DNA of 62,867 bases, the filler included, from Aduncisulcus paluster (Eukaryota), in assembly GCA_024181965.1 (NCBI GenBank). It is 5 parts of 5 records of this genome, joined end to end, with 100 filler letters (N's around TTAATTAATTAA, not from the genome) between each part and the next. Parts side by side here need not be neighbours in the genome. Positions count along the whole stretch, not along the records: positions 19,108 to 29,083 come from BQXS01010851.1; positions 29,184 to 36,466 come from BQXS01010852.1; 3 more parts are not named here. One strand, given 5' to 3'. Below, piece by piece: positions 22,146-33,230 of the stretch. A program made the position numbers and the translations under genes. Every line of letters begins with the position of its first letter. Position 1 is the first letter of the stretch. The notes below the pieces were generated by a model. It saw only the letters and a program-made list of their open reading frames with translations, did no database searches and had not been told where the DNA came from.

Positions 22146-22809
22146 TTTCTCAATATTATTTTTCTTTATAAGGTTCTTTTTTGATATTAATTTGGTATTC
22201 AACCACATCAAGAAGATTTTGCCCCGACTATCTCAATAGAATTGTTCATCAAGTTTCATTGGAGTCACCTTTCCTTTTTTTGCCCAAATCAAAAATAATA
22301 TCTCCTTTTCGATGATATATCATTGATTAAATCGCCATATTATTCCCAATTATCACTCAAAAATATAGATTTTGTGTGTATTCAACCGGTGAAGAGATTG
22401 CATACGTAATTGAAGGTGTTTGCAATTTATTAACATATTTTCTTTCAAAATATTGTTTATAAGTAGAAAATCCTTTCAAATTTCCCCATAAATATGTTAC
22501 CAACAAATTATTAAACGATTTATTATTGTGGGTTTAACATTGGCACTCATATTATGCCAATCTCAATTTAGGAAATATAAATCAACATATCTTTAGTGGT
22601 ATTTACTTTTTTATTGTTGCTGTTGGATCTTCATTTCAGTTGTTTGTCAATGATTGTTTGACAATTTTGACATCCAATCCACCTTCTTTTTTCGTTTTTT
22701 GTCATCTATTCTGATACCTCCCTTCATTTTTAGTTTCTTGTTTTATTAATATTTTCATTATTTTAGTTTCTATTTAACCTCTTTTTGTGATTATTCGTTT
22801 TAAACAACA

Positions 22810-23922
22810 ATGGTTCATATTTTGATTACAGGTGGTGCCGGATTTATCGGATCTCATTGCGTGGAGGAATGTATTGAACGTGGAATACCGTGCACTGTTA
22901 TTGATATTGATTGTTCACCCTCGCGACGCATTAGTCATCCTCATGTCGCGTATGTCGAAGGTGATATTACAAACCCCGAAACTTTTAAAAAAATTGAAGA
23001 GTCTCCAACTCATATCATTCACTTAGCGGCAGCAATTTCAGTTACTGAATCAATGAGACTCCCAACCAAATATCGACAAACCAATGTTGAGGGTTCCAAA
23101 CGAGTATATGAGTTCGGTGCTGCATGCAAATGTCATCGAATCGTAAGTGCTTCAACAGCCGCTGTGTATGGAAATCCAAAGGAAATTCCCGTCAAAGAAG
23201 ATACTCTCCTCTCCCCTCTTTCTCCATATGCTGAAACCAAGCTTGAAATGGAAAAAATCGGCCGTTCTCTCGCGTGTAAAAAACAAGAGGATGTCCCAGG
23301 CATGTTTTCATATGCTGATGAGTCAGGAAGTTCAAGTTGGACTGAATCCTCTAGCGCCATTTCTGACAGTGACACTCCCGCACCCAGAGAAGACAAATGC
23401 CCTCATGCTGCCGAGCAGAAGGATCGTCCAAAGGTTTCGTCGATCCAACCATTTCCTCCCTTACATTTCCTTCGTTTCTTTAACGTATATGGACCTCGCC
23501 AGGATCCATCATCTCCATACACCGGTGTTATATCTACATTTGCTGCAAGTGGTCAAACAGGGAAGAATCTCATTATTTATGGAGATGGAACGCAGACTCG
23601 TGATTTTGTGTTCGTAAAAGATGTCGTAAGTGGAATTTTCCATCTGTTATTATCTCCTGTTTTTGATGAAACATCTTCTCTTGTTTTTAATGTCGGTACG
23701 GGACGTGGAATCTCCATTCTTGAATTGGCTCATACAGTTCTGAGGCTTGTGAAGTCTCCGAAATCCAAAATAATTCATTCCGAAGCAAGACCCGGAGATA
23801 TCAAACACTCATGTGCAAATATTAGTTCTTTCAAAGATAATGGTTGGAAACCCAAGATATCCTTTGAGGATGGTCTAAAAATGACTCTTAGTTGGATTGA
23901 ACATGAATATAAATGTAAATAA
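22810..23922 (+). CDS. Extended-SDR UDP-glucose/UDP-GlcNAc 4-epimerase-like protein
   Basis: TGGAGFIG, HLAA, SASTAAVYG, catalytic YAETK, LRFFNVYGPRQDP, GDGTQTRDFVFVKDV, RPGDIKHS. Confidence 0.9.
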   Translation: MVHILITGGAGFIGSHCVEECIERGIPCTVIDIDCSPSRRISHPHVAYVEGDITNPETFKKIEESPTHIIHLAAAISVTESMRLPTKYRQTNVEGSKRVYEFGAACKCHRIVSASTAAVYGNPKEIPVKEDTLLSPLSPYAETKLEMEKIGRSLACKKQEDVPGMFSYADESGSSSWTESSSAISDSDTPAPREDKCPHAAEQKDRPKVSSIQPFPPLHFLRFFNVYGPRQDPSSPYTGVISTFAASGQTGKNLIIYGDGTQTRDFVFVKDVVSGIFHLLLSPVFDETSSLVFNVGTGRGISILELAHTVLRLVKSPKSKIIHSEARPGDIKHSCANISSFKDNGWKPKISFEDGLKMTLSWIEHEYKCK

Positions 23923-24044
23923 TAAACCAATTTTAAATTCAACCAATACTAGTCATAATGAGCGTTTCCCTCGCGATTTATTTCTCTATTGACTCCTAGG
24001 GAAATCCAATCAACAAAATCTGCCGATTTTGCAGAGGTCAAAGT

Positions 24045-25265
24045 ATGATTCCATTAAAATCATTACGTTCAACCCTCAAAAATCGCGAAAAATATCTCAA
24101 ATCCTTACCAAGTGCTGAAATAGAAAAGATAGAACGCACAAAGAAATCTATCGAGAATGTTCAAAAAAATATCGAAGCAAGAAGGTTAGATAGAGCAATA
24201 GCTGAATATATCAAACAAAAGGAAGATAATCGTAAAAAGTATATGAAACAAACAAAATCAAGATTAAAATCACTCCCAAAAGATGTTTCTGAAAAGAAAA
24301 AGCAGCAATTGGTTGATAGTATTAAAGAAGAACAAATGTATATTCGTAATTATCCTATATTAGAGCAATTTATTCCCTTTCAAGATCCAGAAAAGAAGGA
24401 TCTTGTAAAACAAGTCCTATCAAAGATAAAAGAAATCGTATCTGATAAAGATTATCAATATGATGTAGAACATGCTGTTTCTGAACTTCGTAAGAGAAAA
24501 GAAATAATCCAATCATCGATATTGAAGAATAGCAAGAAAGCCCCCAAAACACCCAGGAAAACCATATACCCAACTGAAATTCCCAAATTTTCTGCGTATG
24601 AAATTCCTTCTATTCTTGAATTTGTTGATTCTGATGGAAGTATCCCCAATTTCAAGTATGGCCGTCTTCTTCATGTTGATTTCATTACAATTACACCTTC
24701 CTCAGAGGATTCCTCTTCTTATGATACTTTTATTGCCCAAATGCTCGATAAAGAATCGAAGCAATCGTTGTCTCGTCGCGCCATTCAAAAGTCTGTCGAA
24801 AGAAAGAAAGTGAGGATTCAAAATGAGAAAGAACAAAAAATCCGTCAAGCAGAATTATCCATTGTGAAGGATGTTGTGTTAGATGGTCTCGAAGATGTTG
24901 CTGAGGAGAAATTTGAGAGGATTCCAATTTCTAAGAGCAAGTCAAAATCCCATAAGAAACAGAGCAAAGAAGAGGAAGAGGAAGAGGAAGAACCACATGC
25001 CCCTTCTCCAGAGGTAGAAGAGAGAGAGATTACACAGATTCAAGGTCATGATGCCTTTGATGACATTTTTGAAGATGTTGCTGAGGAGAAAACTGCTGAT
25101 GATTGTGTTGTAAAGTTGAAAGGAGAACGGTTGAAATTAACAGACGTTGATCTCGATGATGATAGAGATATTGATGTCTTCAGAAAGCGTCGTGGCTTAA
25201 AAACTAGCGATAAATTCGGCAAGAATTGGGTTGTTAGAAAGAAGAGGAATTTCGACAGGAAATAA
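24045..25265 (+). CDS. Lys/Glu-rich nuclear protein, possibly Efg1-like rRNA-processing factor
   Basis: Basic helical N-terminus with YIRNYPILEQFIPF, resembling the Efg1 Y-x-x-Y-Y-P-x-x-E-K-Y-I-S-L motif from memory; charged tail. Confidence 0.45.
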   Translation: MIPLKSLRSTLKNREKYLKSLPSAEIEKIERTKKSIENVQKNIEARRLDRAIAEYIKQKEDNRKKYMKQTKSRLKSLPKDVSEKKKQQLVDSIKEEQMYIRNYPILEQFIPFQDPEKKDLVKQVLSKIKEIVSDKDYQYDVEHAVSELRKRKEIIQSSILKNSKKAPKTPRKTIYPTEIPKFSAYEIPSILEFVDSDGSIPNFKYGRLLHVDFITITPSSEDSSSYDTFIAQMLDKESKQSLSRRAIQKSVERKKVRIQNEKEQKIRQAELSIVKDVVLDGLEDVAEEKFERIPISKSKSKSHKKQSKEEEEEEEEPHAPSPEVEEREITQIQGHDAFDDIFEDVAEEKTADDCVVKLKGERLKLTDVDLDDDRDIDVFRKRRGLKTSDKFGKNWVVRKKRNFDRK

Positions 25266-25528
25266 GACAAATTCTAAATTTCATGCTTTCTTTTGTTTGA
25301 AAATTACCTTTTATATCATTTCCAATACATCCATTGGACATTATTTTTCATTATGTCGCTATCCGGTAATATAAAAAGTTAATAAAATTCTAGTTACAAA
25401 TTTTAAAATCTCACATCTAATATTAATTCATTATGAGGTCCTAATATCTTGTTTTATGGTTTGAAGAAGGAAGAAGCATTTTTCGTCACTACCAAAGACC
25501 ATAAATAATTTAAAAAAGATCTAACAAG

Positions 25529-28500
25529 ATGTCTGATCTTGATATGGATAGATATTTGCAATTTATGCTTCTAAAAGCATCCAGTTCGAAGAATTGGACC
25601 AAATTATCAAAGCAGCAAGTTTTGGCTTTGGAACGAATTAAAGCAAAAATTGGAGATGAATTATTTCAAATATATGAAAATATGGCTCAAGATACCAGGA
25701 AAAGATTAAAATCCAGTGAAAGATCAAATAGAAAAAGTTATGTCGATGGTGAAGAGAAAGCAATGATTAAAATAGAGCCCAAAATATTCTCTGCTTTGAA
25801 AATTTATGATACATCGGTTAAATCTACACCATCCAAAGAAAAGGCTCCGCATCCTATTCTTCCAATCAAGCCCCTTCCCACCATTTCTCAGCCCAAGGAG
25901 ATTTTAGAGACTTCTACAAAGAAACCAATTCAAGATAAATATGATCATACAGATAAAACAATACTTTCCGGTAAAATCCAAGATAGCAACCCCACTTCGA
26001 AAGATACTCATATTTCTTTATCTCCCACCGTTAAACCTGAAAAATCCAAGCCACAAGAGACTAAAAAGCCCGACATAGCCAAAGAGAAGTCAGATCAGCA
26101 ATCCAACGTGACTCCTCAGAATATACCTGATCAAATTGATGAAGAACATGAGCAGGATTCATCTCCCTCTTCAAAGGATGCATCCTCAGTCTTTTCTCAC
26201 ACAAAAGCTCCAACTAAACTCAAAGATTCCACCCCATTGACCCTCGTTCACCATGCTCAGGATAAATCAGCGTCCACGACAATACCTACTGTTGAATCCT
26301 CCTCTTCTCTCCCTATTCAGCCCAATTTCCCATCCTTTTCGACCGATCTTTCCCTTCTCCTCCCCTCCCTTTCCCAGATCCATGGTTCTATCCTTCCTGC
26401 TGCCACTCGTCGTGTCTCCGTCCTTCTCTCCCCTCTCTCGGGCCCTCCAATCTCTCACATAGTTGCCAATTCGCTATCCAAGGCACCTGCGTTGTTCTCC
26501 ATCATTGAGTTTCAGAGGCAAGTTATCCTTGAGACAGTTGCACAACATATCGAGCTGGAACGATCCTTCGAGGAGTATAAGGCCAAAAGCACGCGGGACT
26601 GTTCAACTCTCAGGGTGGCCATTCGCAAAGCTGTTCTTGATCGAGGCAAGATCACTCAGCAACGAGAAGAGCTCAAGGAGAAGATACGAGAGCTACAGAC
26701 AGAGATCTGGAAAGGACAAGAAGAAAATAGGAAAGCAAAGGAAGAGAAAGAGATAGAGAAACAAATTAGTGCACGTAAGGAGAGGGAAATTGATATCCTC
26801 CGGCGCAGTATTGGTCGTGAACGTATGTCGGCCATTGAGTCGATGAGAGAAGACACGGCTTTCCTTGACCCCGTATCGTATGGTTCTCTTTATGCTTCCG
26901 GCAATAATAAGGGAATTTCTGCACTTGGTTCATCCTCTTCTTCGCAAGGATCAGGGCCATTGAGTCCCCGTTATAATAATCCTTTCGGTAGATCTTCAAG
27001 TTCATCCTCAGGAGTTTCTCATCACGTGGGTGAGTCATCCTCTAATTCTAAAAATAGACAAATATCATCTCTTGAGAAACAAGTTGAAATGTTGAAGAAA
27101 CTTGTTGGAGAAAAAGAGGAAGATCTTGAAATTGAGCGTCAGAAACGGATAGATTTGGATGAGAAATGCAATGATCTTGAGCGTTCGTTAGAAATGTATG
27201 ATATGACTCATCGAGGACGGATGTGGGATTCATTTTCTTCCCATGCTCATCCACTCCAAGGGAGTCCCAGATCATTGTTAGGTCGTTTCTCCAATCTGTC
27301 GAATTCGTCTACATCCCCTTCCTCCTCTTCACATATTGCTTCATTTGAATCTTTCCCCATGTCTCCCTCTGCCTCCTCTCTTCTCTCTCGTTGCCTAGGT
27401 GAGAACCAGAAGATGAGAAAAACTATTGCTGAATTGAAGAGATCTAACACTATCCTGTCAAAACAACACCATTCCAAACCGATTTCTAAAAAAGGGCCCA
27501 GAGTTTCTTATTCCACACTGTTGAGAGGTCTCGGAACTATCCTTCTCTCCCCATCTTCCTCATCCTCCCTTCCTTCCCTTCACAAGTCAACAGTTGAGCT
27601 CTCTCGTGTGTTTAAAAAAGAGGTGAAGCGAGTATACGAATCGGTTGCAGTCGGAATTGCTCAGTTTGTGTGCAATGTTGGTTCTATTTGTGGATGTGAG
27701 AAAGAAGTCAAACTTGCTGCGTTATTGTGTGATAATCCCTCTAGATCCCATCAATCGACTTCAGCCAGATCCAAGAATGCAGGAAAGAAACAACAGTCGG
27801 GCGGTATTGTGAAGAACACAAATAGAGGTCACAGTATGAGTATGAGTGTTCAACACACTGGTTCTAAAAATAGATCTTCAACAACACCTAAAATTAGATC
27901 AACCCCACCCCTTGGTTTCGATAACCAATTTCTTGAAAAACGAAGCCCTATGCCGTTTTCTACTCCCCATAGAATTTCCCTTGTGTCCATCGGGAAGGAA
28001 AGAGAAGAGAAAAAGAGAAGAGAAGAAGAACAGGAAAGAAGAAAGAAAGAAGAAGAAGAAGAAAGAAGAAGAAGAGAAGAAGAAAGGAAAAGGAGAGAAG
28101 AGAAAGAAGAACAGGAAAGAAAGAAAGAAGAAGAAAGAATGAGAAAAGAGAAAGAAGAAGAAGAAGAAGAAGAACACAACTATCAAAATGACTTTGAAGA
28201 TATAGTTGCCACAACCATCCAAAATACTTCCTTCACAAAGCCTACCATTACAGCAACCCTTACCACCCACCAAGATGATAGAACCATTGTTAATGATGAT
28301 AGAACCATTGTTAATGATGATAAACAATCCCTCGGAGATAATACAGAGAGTGAATACAGTGAAGAGGATGAACGAGAGTCTAATTCTCGAAAGAAAGCCG
28401 ATAGTGATGGATTCATATCTCCATCCGAATCAGACTCTCTTTCTGAGCGTCTTACTCCTATGCTATTGACCGTGACAACTCATAGAGTATCAATTCCAAG

Positions 28501-29083
28501 TACTTCTTTGAGTACTGATAGCCCCGAGTCCAAACACAATGAAAAGTCTATATCCCACTTCCCCATATCTCCAACCATTATCCCGTCTTCCCAGAGATCC
28601 TTGACCACCGGTAGAAGTGACTCTATGACTCTTCATCAACATCATTCGCTCTCAAGAAAGCTTATAAACGTTCCAAGGACTTCCATCGATATGGGAGAAG
28701 ATGTTCGCGTGAATTCACATTCCTCGGTTGTTTCTAAACCTTTGGGGGGTTCAGGATTGTCCTCGCAGAGAACAGTAACAGGAATACATGACAAATCTCT
28801 CTCAGTTGTCGAAAATACCTCTCGAATGCCAAGAAATTCGATTGATATTGGAGAGAATGTTCATATTCACTTCAAATCTCGACCTAAGACTTCATTGGGC
28901 CATGTTTCTGATACATCTCTCTCCTTTTCTGACTCCAATACAGTACAATATTCCCATCCCAGGGATTCAACTACCCTGGATAAGTCCCTTGAGGAGTTTC
29001 ATGGTGTAGATATTGACCAACTAGACAAGGGAGTATTACAACAGGTGGAGCTTAGTACAGTACAGTCCCTCACAAATAAGCAC
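25529..29083 (+). CDS. Large Ser-rich/coiled-coil hypothetical protein, 3'-truncated by gap
   Basis: >1180-codon ORF with coiled coils, Ser-rich tracts and an E/R/K-rich helix, running into Ns. Confidence 0.75.
27994..28173 (+). repeat. Purine-rich (GAA/AGA) tract encoding an E/R/K charged single-alpha-helix-like segment
   Basis: About 180 nt almost entirely A/G; translates as KEREEKKRREEEQERRKKEEEEERRRREEE... Confidence 0.7.
28274..28321 (+). repeat. 21-nt in-frame tandem repeat (DDRTIVN x2)
   Basis: GATGATAGAACCATTGTTAAT twice, followed by GATGAT. Confidence 0.85.
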
Positions 29084-29183
29084 NNNNNNNNNNNNNNNNN
29101 NNNNNNNNNNNNNNNNNNNNNNNNNNNTTAATTAATTAANNNNNNNNNNNNNNNNNNNNNNNNNNNNNNNNNNNNNNNNNNNN
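29084..29183. other. Assembly spacer N44-TTAATTAATTAA-N44
   Basis: Six-frame stop linker inside Ns. Confidence 0.95.
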
Positions 29184-29728
29184 ATCTTGAAAGTCCATGG
29201 GCTACACATAGGACCCATAATATCAAATTTAGGATTACCAACCTCATCGATCATCTGGAACTCACGGTTGAAAATAGACCACAATTGTTTGATCTCACCA
29301 ATCTTGGCACCGTGAGAATCAAAAGCCTCAAGAAGTTGGAGCCAACAGCACCAACAGCAAGATGGGAAACAACGGAAAGGACGGTTAAACCGACAGATTT
29401 CTTGTCCAGTCATCATGACAACTTTAGCTTCGAAAGGACGAGAAGGACCACAACAGAATCTACAGCAGGCGTTTGACTCTTCCTGAAGCTTTAAAACCTT
29501 CCTTCCATCAGTGGCAACAACTTCATATTCTTGATTAGCATCACAACCACACATAATTTCCATAATACTTTTCTGTTGCATAACTCCGAGAGCGGGGTAA
29601 TATTGGAGGTACTGGAGGGGATCGGTAATAGAAGCAGGACTAGGAATAGGGGCGGGCATTGGGATTTGGGCGGGCATTCCACCAGCCATGGGCATAGGCT
29701 GACCCATTGGCATTCCGGGTTGCATCAT
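29184..29728 (-). CDS. Phospholipid scramblase family protein, 3'-truncated by gap
   Basis: Pro/Met-rich N-terminus, EESNACCRFCCGPSRPF, Cys-rich RPFRCFPSCCWCCWLQ, IGEIKQLWS, FDIMGP. Confidence 0.9.
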
Positions 29729-30066
29729 TCGGGGCTGAGAGCTTTTCCAGCCTCAAATTGCGTTATATCCGATTTAAATTGGCTGAAAAAATCTCATTTC
29801 TCTATTTTGAGCTTTCAACATCAATACAGTGCTTCCTTGAACTGTGTAAGGGGGCACACAAGATCAAATCGGCAGTGGAGCATTTTCATTAAAAATAAAG
29901 GTAATTCTTTAAATAATATTCACTAATTTAAAAATACTTTTTAATCAATTTATATTTTTCCCAATTATTATTGACAGACATATTGAGGAACTTTGGATTC
30001 TTCCAGAAATGCCCTCAGTTCTTATTTTCCCCGCAATATCCATCTTATTTAAATTTTTTTATTGTA

Positions 30067-32823
30067 ATGAGTTCAACTAGTACAACTATATTATCTTATC
30101 TCATTTCTGAATATAATCTAACAAAGAGGACTATTGCTCACGAAGCTAAAACCTCAGAAGATGTCTTATTCCTCATTAAAAGACTCCGAATATTGTTTAT
30201 TCAGAATATTTACTGTTTGACTTCCCTTTCTGCGACAGAAGAAACCCAAGTTTGGGAGATATGGCGATATCTTTCCTTTTCTCTATTTTTTCTTTCTAAA
30301 CTTCCAATGTTGAAGAAAGATGACAAAAAACTCAATGATTACTTTTGTTCTACATTTAAAGCTGAAATTGAATCAATTAAAACAGCCTCTTCCGCTAAAA
30401 AAGAAGAATTACAAAGATTCATTCGTGATTGTTGCATATTTTCCCAATATGCACCAATTTTAACGTGGGCAAAAGAGGATATTCAATTATTTAATTCGAT
30501 TAGCATCGAACATCCTGGTAAACCACTCCCCTATTTCAAGTCCAAACATTTGTCACGTTTGAAAGTGCCCCATTCAAAAATATCTCCCGAAGATTCACCA
30601 AAAATCGATGAAATTCTCAAGAATTGTGATGAAATTGGCCTGCCTCTCCATGTCTTTGTTCGTCGCCCTGTCGTATTTTCCTCGAAGTTGTGCCTCTTCG
30701 CTGAATTAATCCTATTTACTGATGAAATACCCAAACTCACGAATCCAGATGATATTATTATGTTCTTTAAGGCTTCCTTGTTGTCATCTCTTGCTATATC
30801 ATGGCTATTCAAAGGATTTCCACCATCTTACAGTTTTATTGATGCCTACTGTTCTTCCTATCGTTTCAACATGATCCCTTTGGATAATTCTATGGCCAGG
30901 AACTATTCAGATATCATTCTACATGACATATATTTTGAGAATATTGTCATTCCGTCATCAAAGTCTATTTTTGACTGGGTTAGAGATAGGTTTGCCACAA
31001 CTAAGGTTCCAAAGTTACAATATCTCTGTCTTTCCATTGATTTTCTCTCCTCTTCAATATCCACCCATTCTCCTAACCTCCTTATTATGGAGTATGTCTT
31101 CGGCCCAGGTCTCAAAGAACTTCCTTCCTCATCCATCGAGTATTTCCATCATATGTCTTCTTGCTATGACAAGGACAAGGACAGTAGCGAAAAAGACAAG
31201 GCTTCTTCAGACCGCATGGATGCCTGTCGTATTAGTTTACCCTCAACTTCTTCTGTAAATTTCGAGCTCTTCTCGTGTCTCTCTAGGATGGATTCATTCC
31301 TGACGTCTCCTTTTTCTTGTGAGGATCATGCAAGAATGGACGATCTCATTATGGATATCGAGTCCAAATACGCCCATCCTGCCCATCGAGACAGGGAAGA
31401 CAGTGAAGATTGTGAAGATGAAGCTAATCTCCTAGAAAGTCTCTTGAAGACCATCGGAGATAAGTCTAAGACCATTTCAACATTGGAGAGTCAGATTCAA
31501 ACGGCACAAGAAGCTCAAGATGCTCTGAAGATAGATATTTCAACCCTCCGAGAAGATTCCAAGACTTTGGAAGAAGAAAAGACAATGGTCATTGAGGATA
31601 AGCTGCGCTTTGAAAAAATGAAAAAAGACAGGAGTCAACAATTGAATCATGATCTCATTGAGATACTAACAAAGGACAAAATGCTTGGTATCCAGGCCAA
31701 AGTTGTCAAACATAATCGACGAGTGATTGCAGAAATCACCAAAGAGCAGGAAATACTGAAGCAGAACTGTGAAAAGCAGTCTAGAGAACTGAAGAAGAAG
31801 AAGAAAAGGAATCAAGAGCTTGTTCAGGCTCTACGAGACGCTGAGGAAGATGCAGCCAGAATCGGAAAGCTCTCGAAAAAAAAGAGAGAAGAGCATCTCA
31901 AGAAGATTCAAAATCTCAAAAAACAGTTGGATGACATGGGATTAGAGATTGCCAAAAAACAACGTGAACTCTCCAAAGCTAAGAAAGAGTCAGCCGCTGT
32001 AGTTAAAAAGCTCTCCTCTGTACAAGAATATTTCCCTTCAGATTGGTGTATTTATACAGGAATGTGTCTATCTGACCATCTGTCAAAGACTCCCTATTGT
32101 ATTCCTCTCGATTCATCCACACACAGTCTCTTTCAGAGAGCTATTGATGACTCCACTAGTCGACATTTCAAGGTCATATCTGTCGAAAGAATCGAGAATC
32201 CAGCTCTGTGGAGTGGATATGACAAGGCAAGGAAAACCATTCTGGAAATTAACCATGAATTGAAGACTTGGTTTGAGAAGATAAGGACGAGAATGGATGG
32301 AACGGATTTGGCTCAGCTTCTGGCAAAGAATTCCTCATCGCCCTCTGATATCTTATTCGACAGAAAAAACCTTCCATCAAGCAGCCTAGACCCCAAAACT
32401 GGTCTCGCTTGCGATTATCCTAAGCTCAGTTCTGATCCTTTCCACAATGAGAAGTACCTATGGTACAGCTCCAAAGATGTCTCTTCTCTGTGGAAAACAG
32501 GGATAGACACTCGATCAATCGAAGTTGGAACATTTGGACGTGGTATTCACACATTTGATGTATTTCATGAAGCAGATAAGTCGGCACCAGAATCCAGTCC
32601 AGGTGTATATACCGTTTTGCTTCTTCGTGTGTTGCTTGGACCCGCTGTGTACCACCAAACAAGCTCCAGCACACAGCGAAGACCCCCTAATCATCCTAAA
32701 GGAAATATGATTGCTGCTTCAAGTGTGTGTGGAAAGCTTACCGGCGGTGAGAATCAATATGTCGTATTTGAAACAACTTCTGTATATCCTCAGTATTATA
32801 TTAAGTATTCAAGAGGTAAATAA
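30067..32823 (+). CDS. Coiled-coil protein with C-terminal degenerate PARP catalytic-like domain
   Basis: ERIENPALW, NEKYLWYS, GIDTR, GTFGRGIH, LLRVLLG and QYVVFETTSVYPQYYIKY follow the PARP-fold motif order. First ATG at 30067. Confidence 0.8.
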   Translation: MSSTSTTILSYLISEYNLTKRTIAHEAKTSEDVLFLIKRLRILFIQNIYCLTSLSATEETQVWEIWRYLSFSLFFLSKLPMLKKDDKKLNDYFCSTFKAEIESIKTASSAKKEELQRFIRDCCIFSQYAPILTWAKEDIQLFNSISIEHPGKPLPYFKSKHLSRLKVPHSKISPEDSPKIDEILKNCDEIGLPLHVFVRRPVVFSSKLCLFAELILFTDEIPKLTNPDDIIMFFKASLLSSLAISWLFKGFPPSYSFIDAYCSSYRFNMIPLDNSMARNYSDIILHDIYFENIVIPSSKSIFDWVRDRFATTKVPKLQYLCLSIDFLSSSISTHSPNLLIMEYVFGPGLKELPSSSIEYFHHMSSCYDKDKDSSEKDKASSDRMDACRISLPSTSSVNFELFSCLSRMDSFLTSPFSCEDHARMDDLIMDIESKYAHPAHRDREDSEDCEDEANLLESLLKTIGDKSKTISTLESQIQTAQEAQDALKIDISTLREDSKTLEEEKTMVIEDKLRFEKMKKDRSQQLNHDLIEILTKDKMLGIQAKVVKHNRRVIAEITKEQEILKQNCEKQSRELKKKKKRNQELVQALRDAEEDAARIGKLSKKKREEHLKKIQNLKKQLDDMGLEIAKKQRELSKAKKESAAVVKKLSSVQEYFPSDWCIYTGMCLSDHLSKTPYCIPLDSSTHSLFQRAIDDSTSRHFKVISVERIENPALWSGYDKARKTILEINHELKTWFEKIRTRMDGTDLAQLLAKNSSSPSDILFDRKNLPSSSLDPKTGLACDYPKLSSDPFHNEKYLWYSSKDVSSLWKTGIDTRSIEVGTFGRGIHTFDVFHEADKSAPESSPGVYTVLLLRVLLGPAVYHQTSSSTQRRPPNHPKGNMIAASSVCGKLTGGENQYVVFETTSVYPQYYIKYSRGK

Positions 32824-33230
32824 TAGTTTTTCCTATTGTTATTTTATTGTTTGCCCTAGATATAGGGATAATGGGTCGCTTTGGATCCTGAATGGGAAAT
32901 GAAATATTATACAGAAATAAAAATTTTAAAACCATTGGAAAGTTTCTCTTTATTATAATTTTTGGGATTTTTCATGATAAATTAGACTTGAACCTTCAAC
33001 TCTGATCGAACACCCACTGGGTGCCTGGCAGGCAATTCAGTGAATTGTATTTTGCAAAATTCTTGTTTCGTTCAATTAATTAATAAATAATAAAATTACT
33101 ATTATCAATAGAATTATGGTATCCCGGGATTTAACGAATAAACTAACTCAACTTGTTCGATGATCTCGAATAAGCGTTTTGACGCTCTTTTCATTATCAA
33201 TTTCAATTTTACTTTCTTTTTCATCTTTTC

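Noticed and set aside
22057-22239. 60-aa ORF starting with GTG
   Set aside because: It is the tRNA-Sec gene read as codons.
24891-25091. 21-nt direct repeat GAAGATGTTGCTGAGGAGAAA
   Set aside because: In-frame peptide duplication (EDVAEEK) in a disordered tail; no sign of a mobile element.
27850-28327. Antisense poly-Phe/Ser/Leu ORFs
   Set aside because: Shadows of the GAA-rich coding tract on the plus strand; the same applies to most short nested ORFs in the track.
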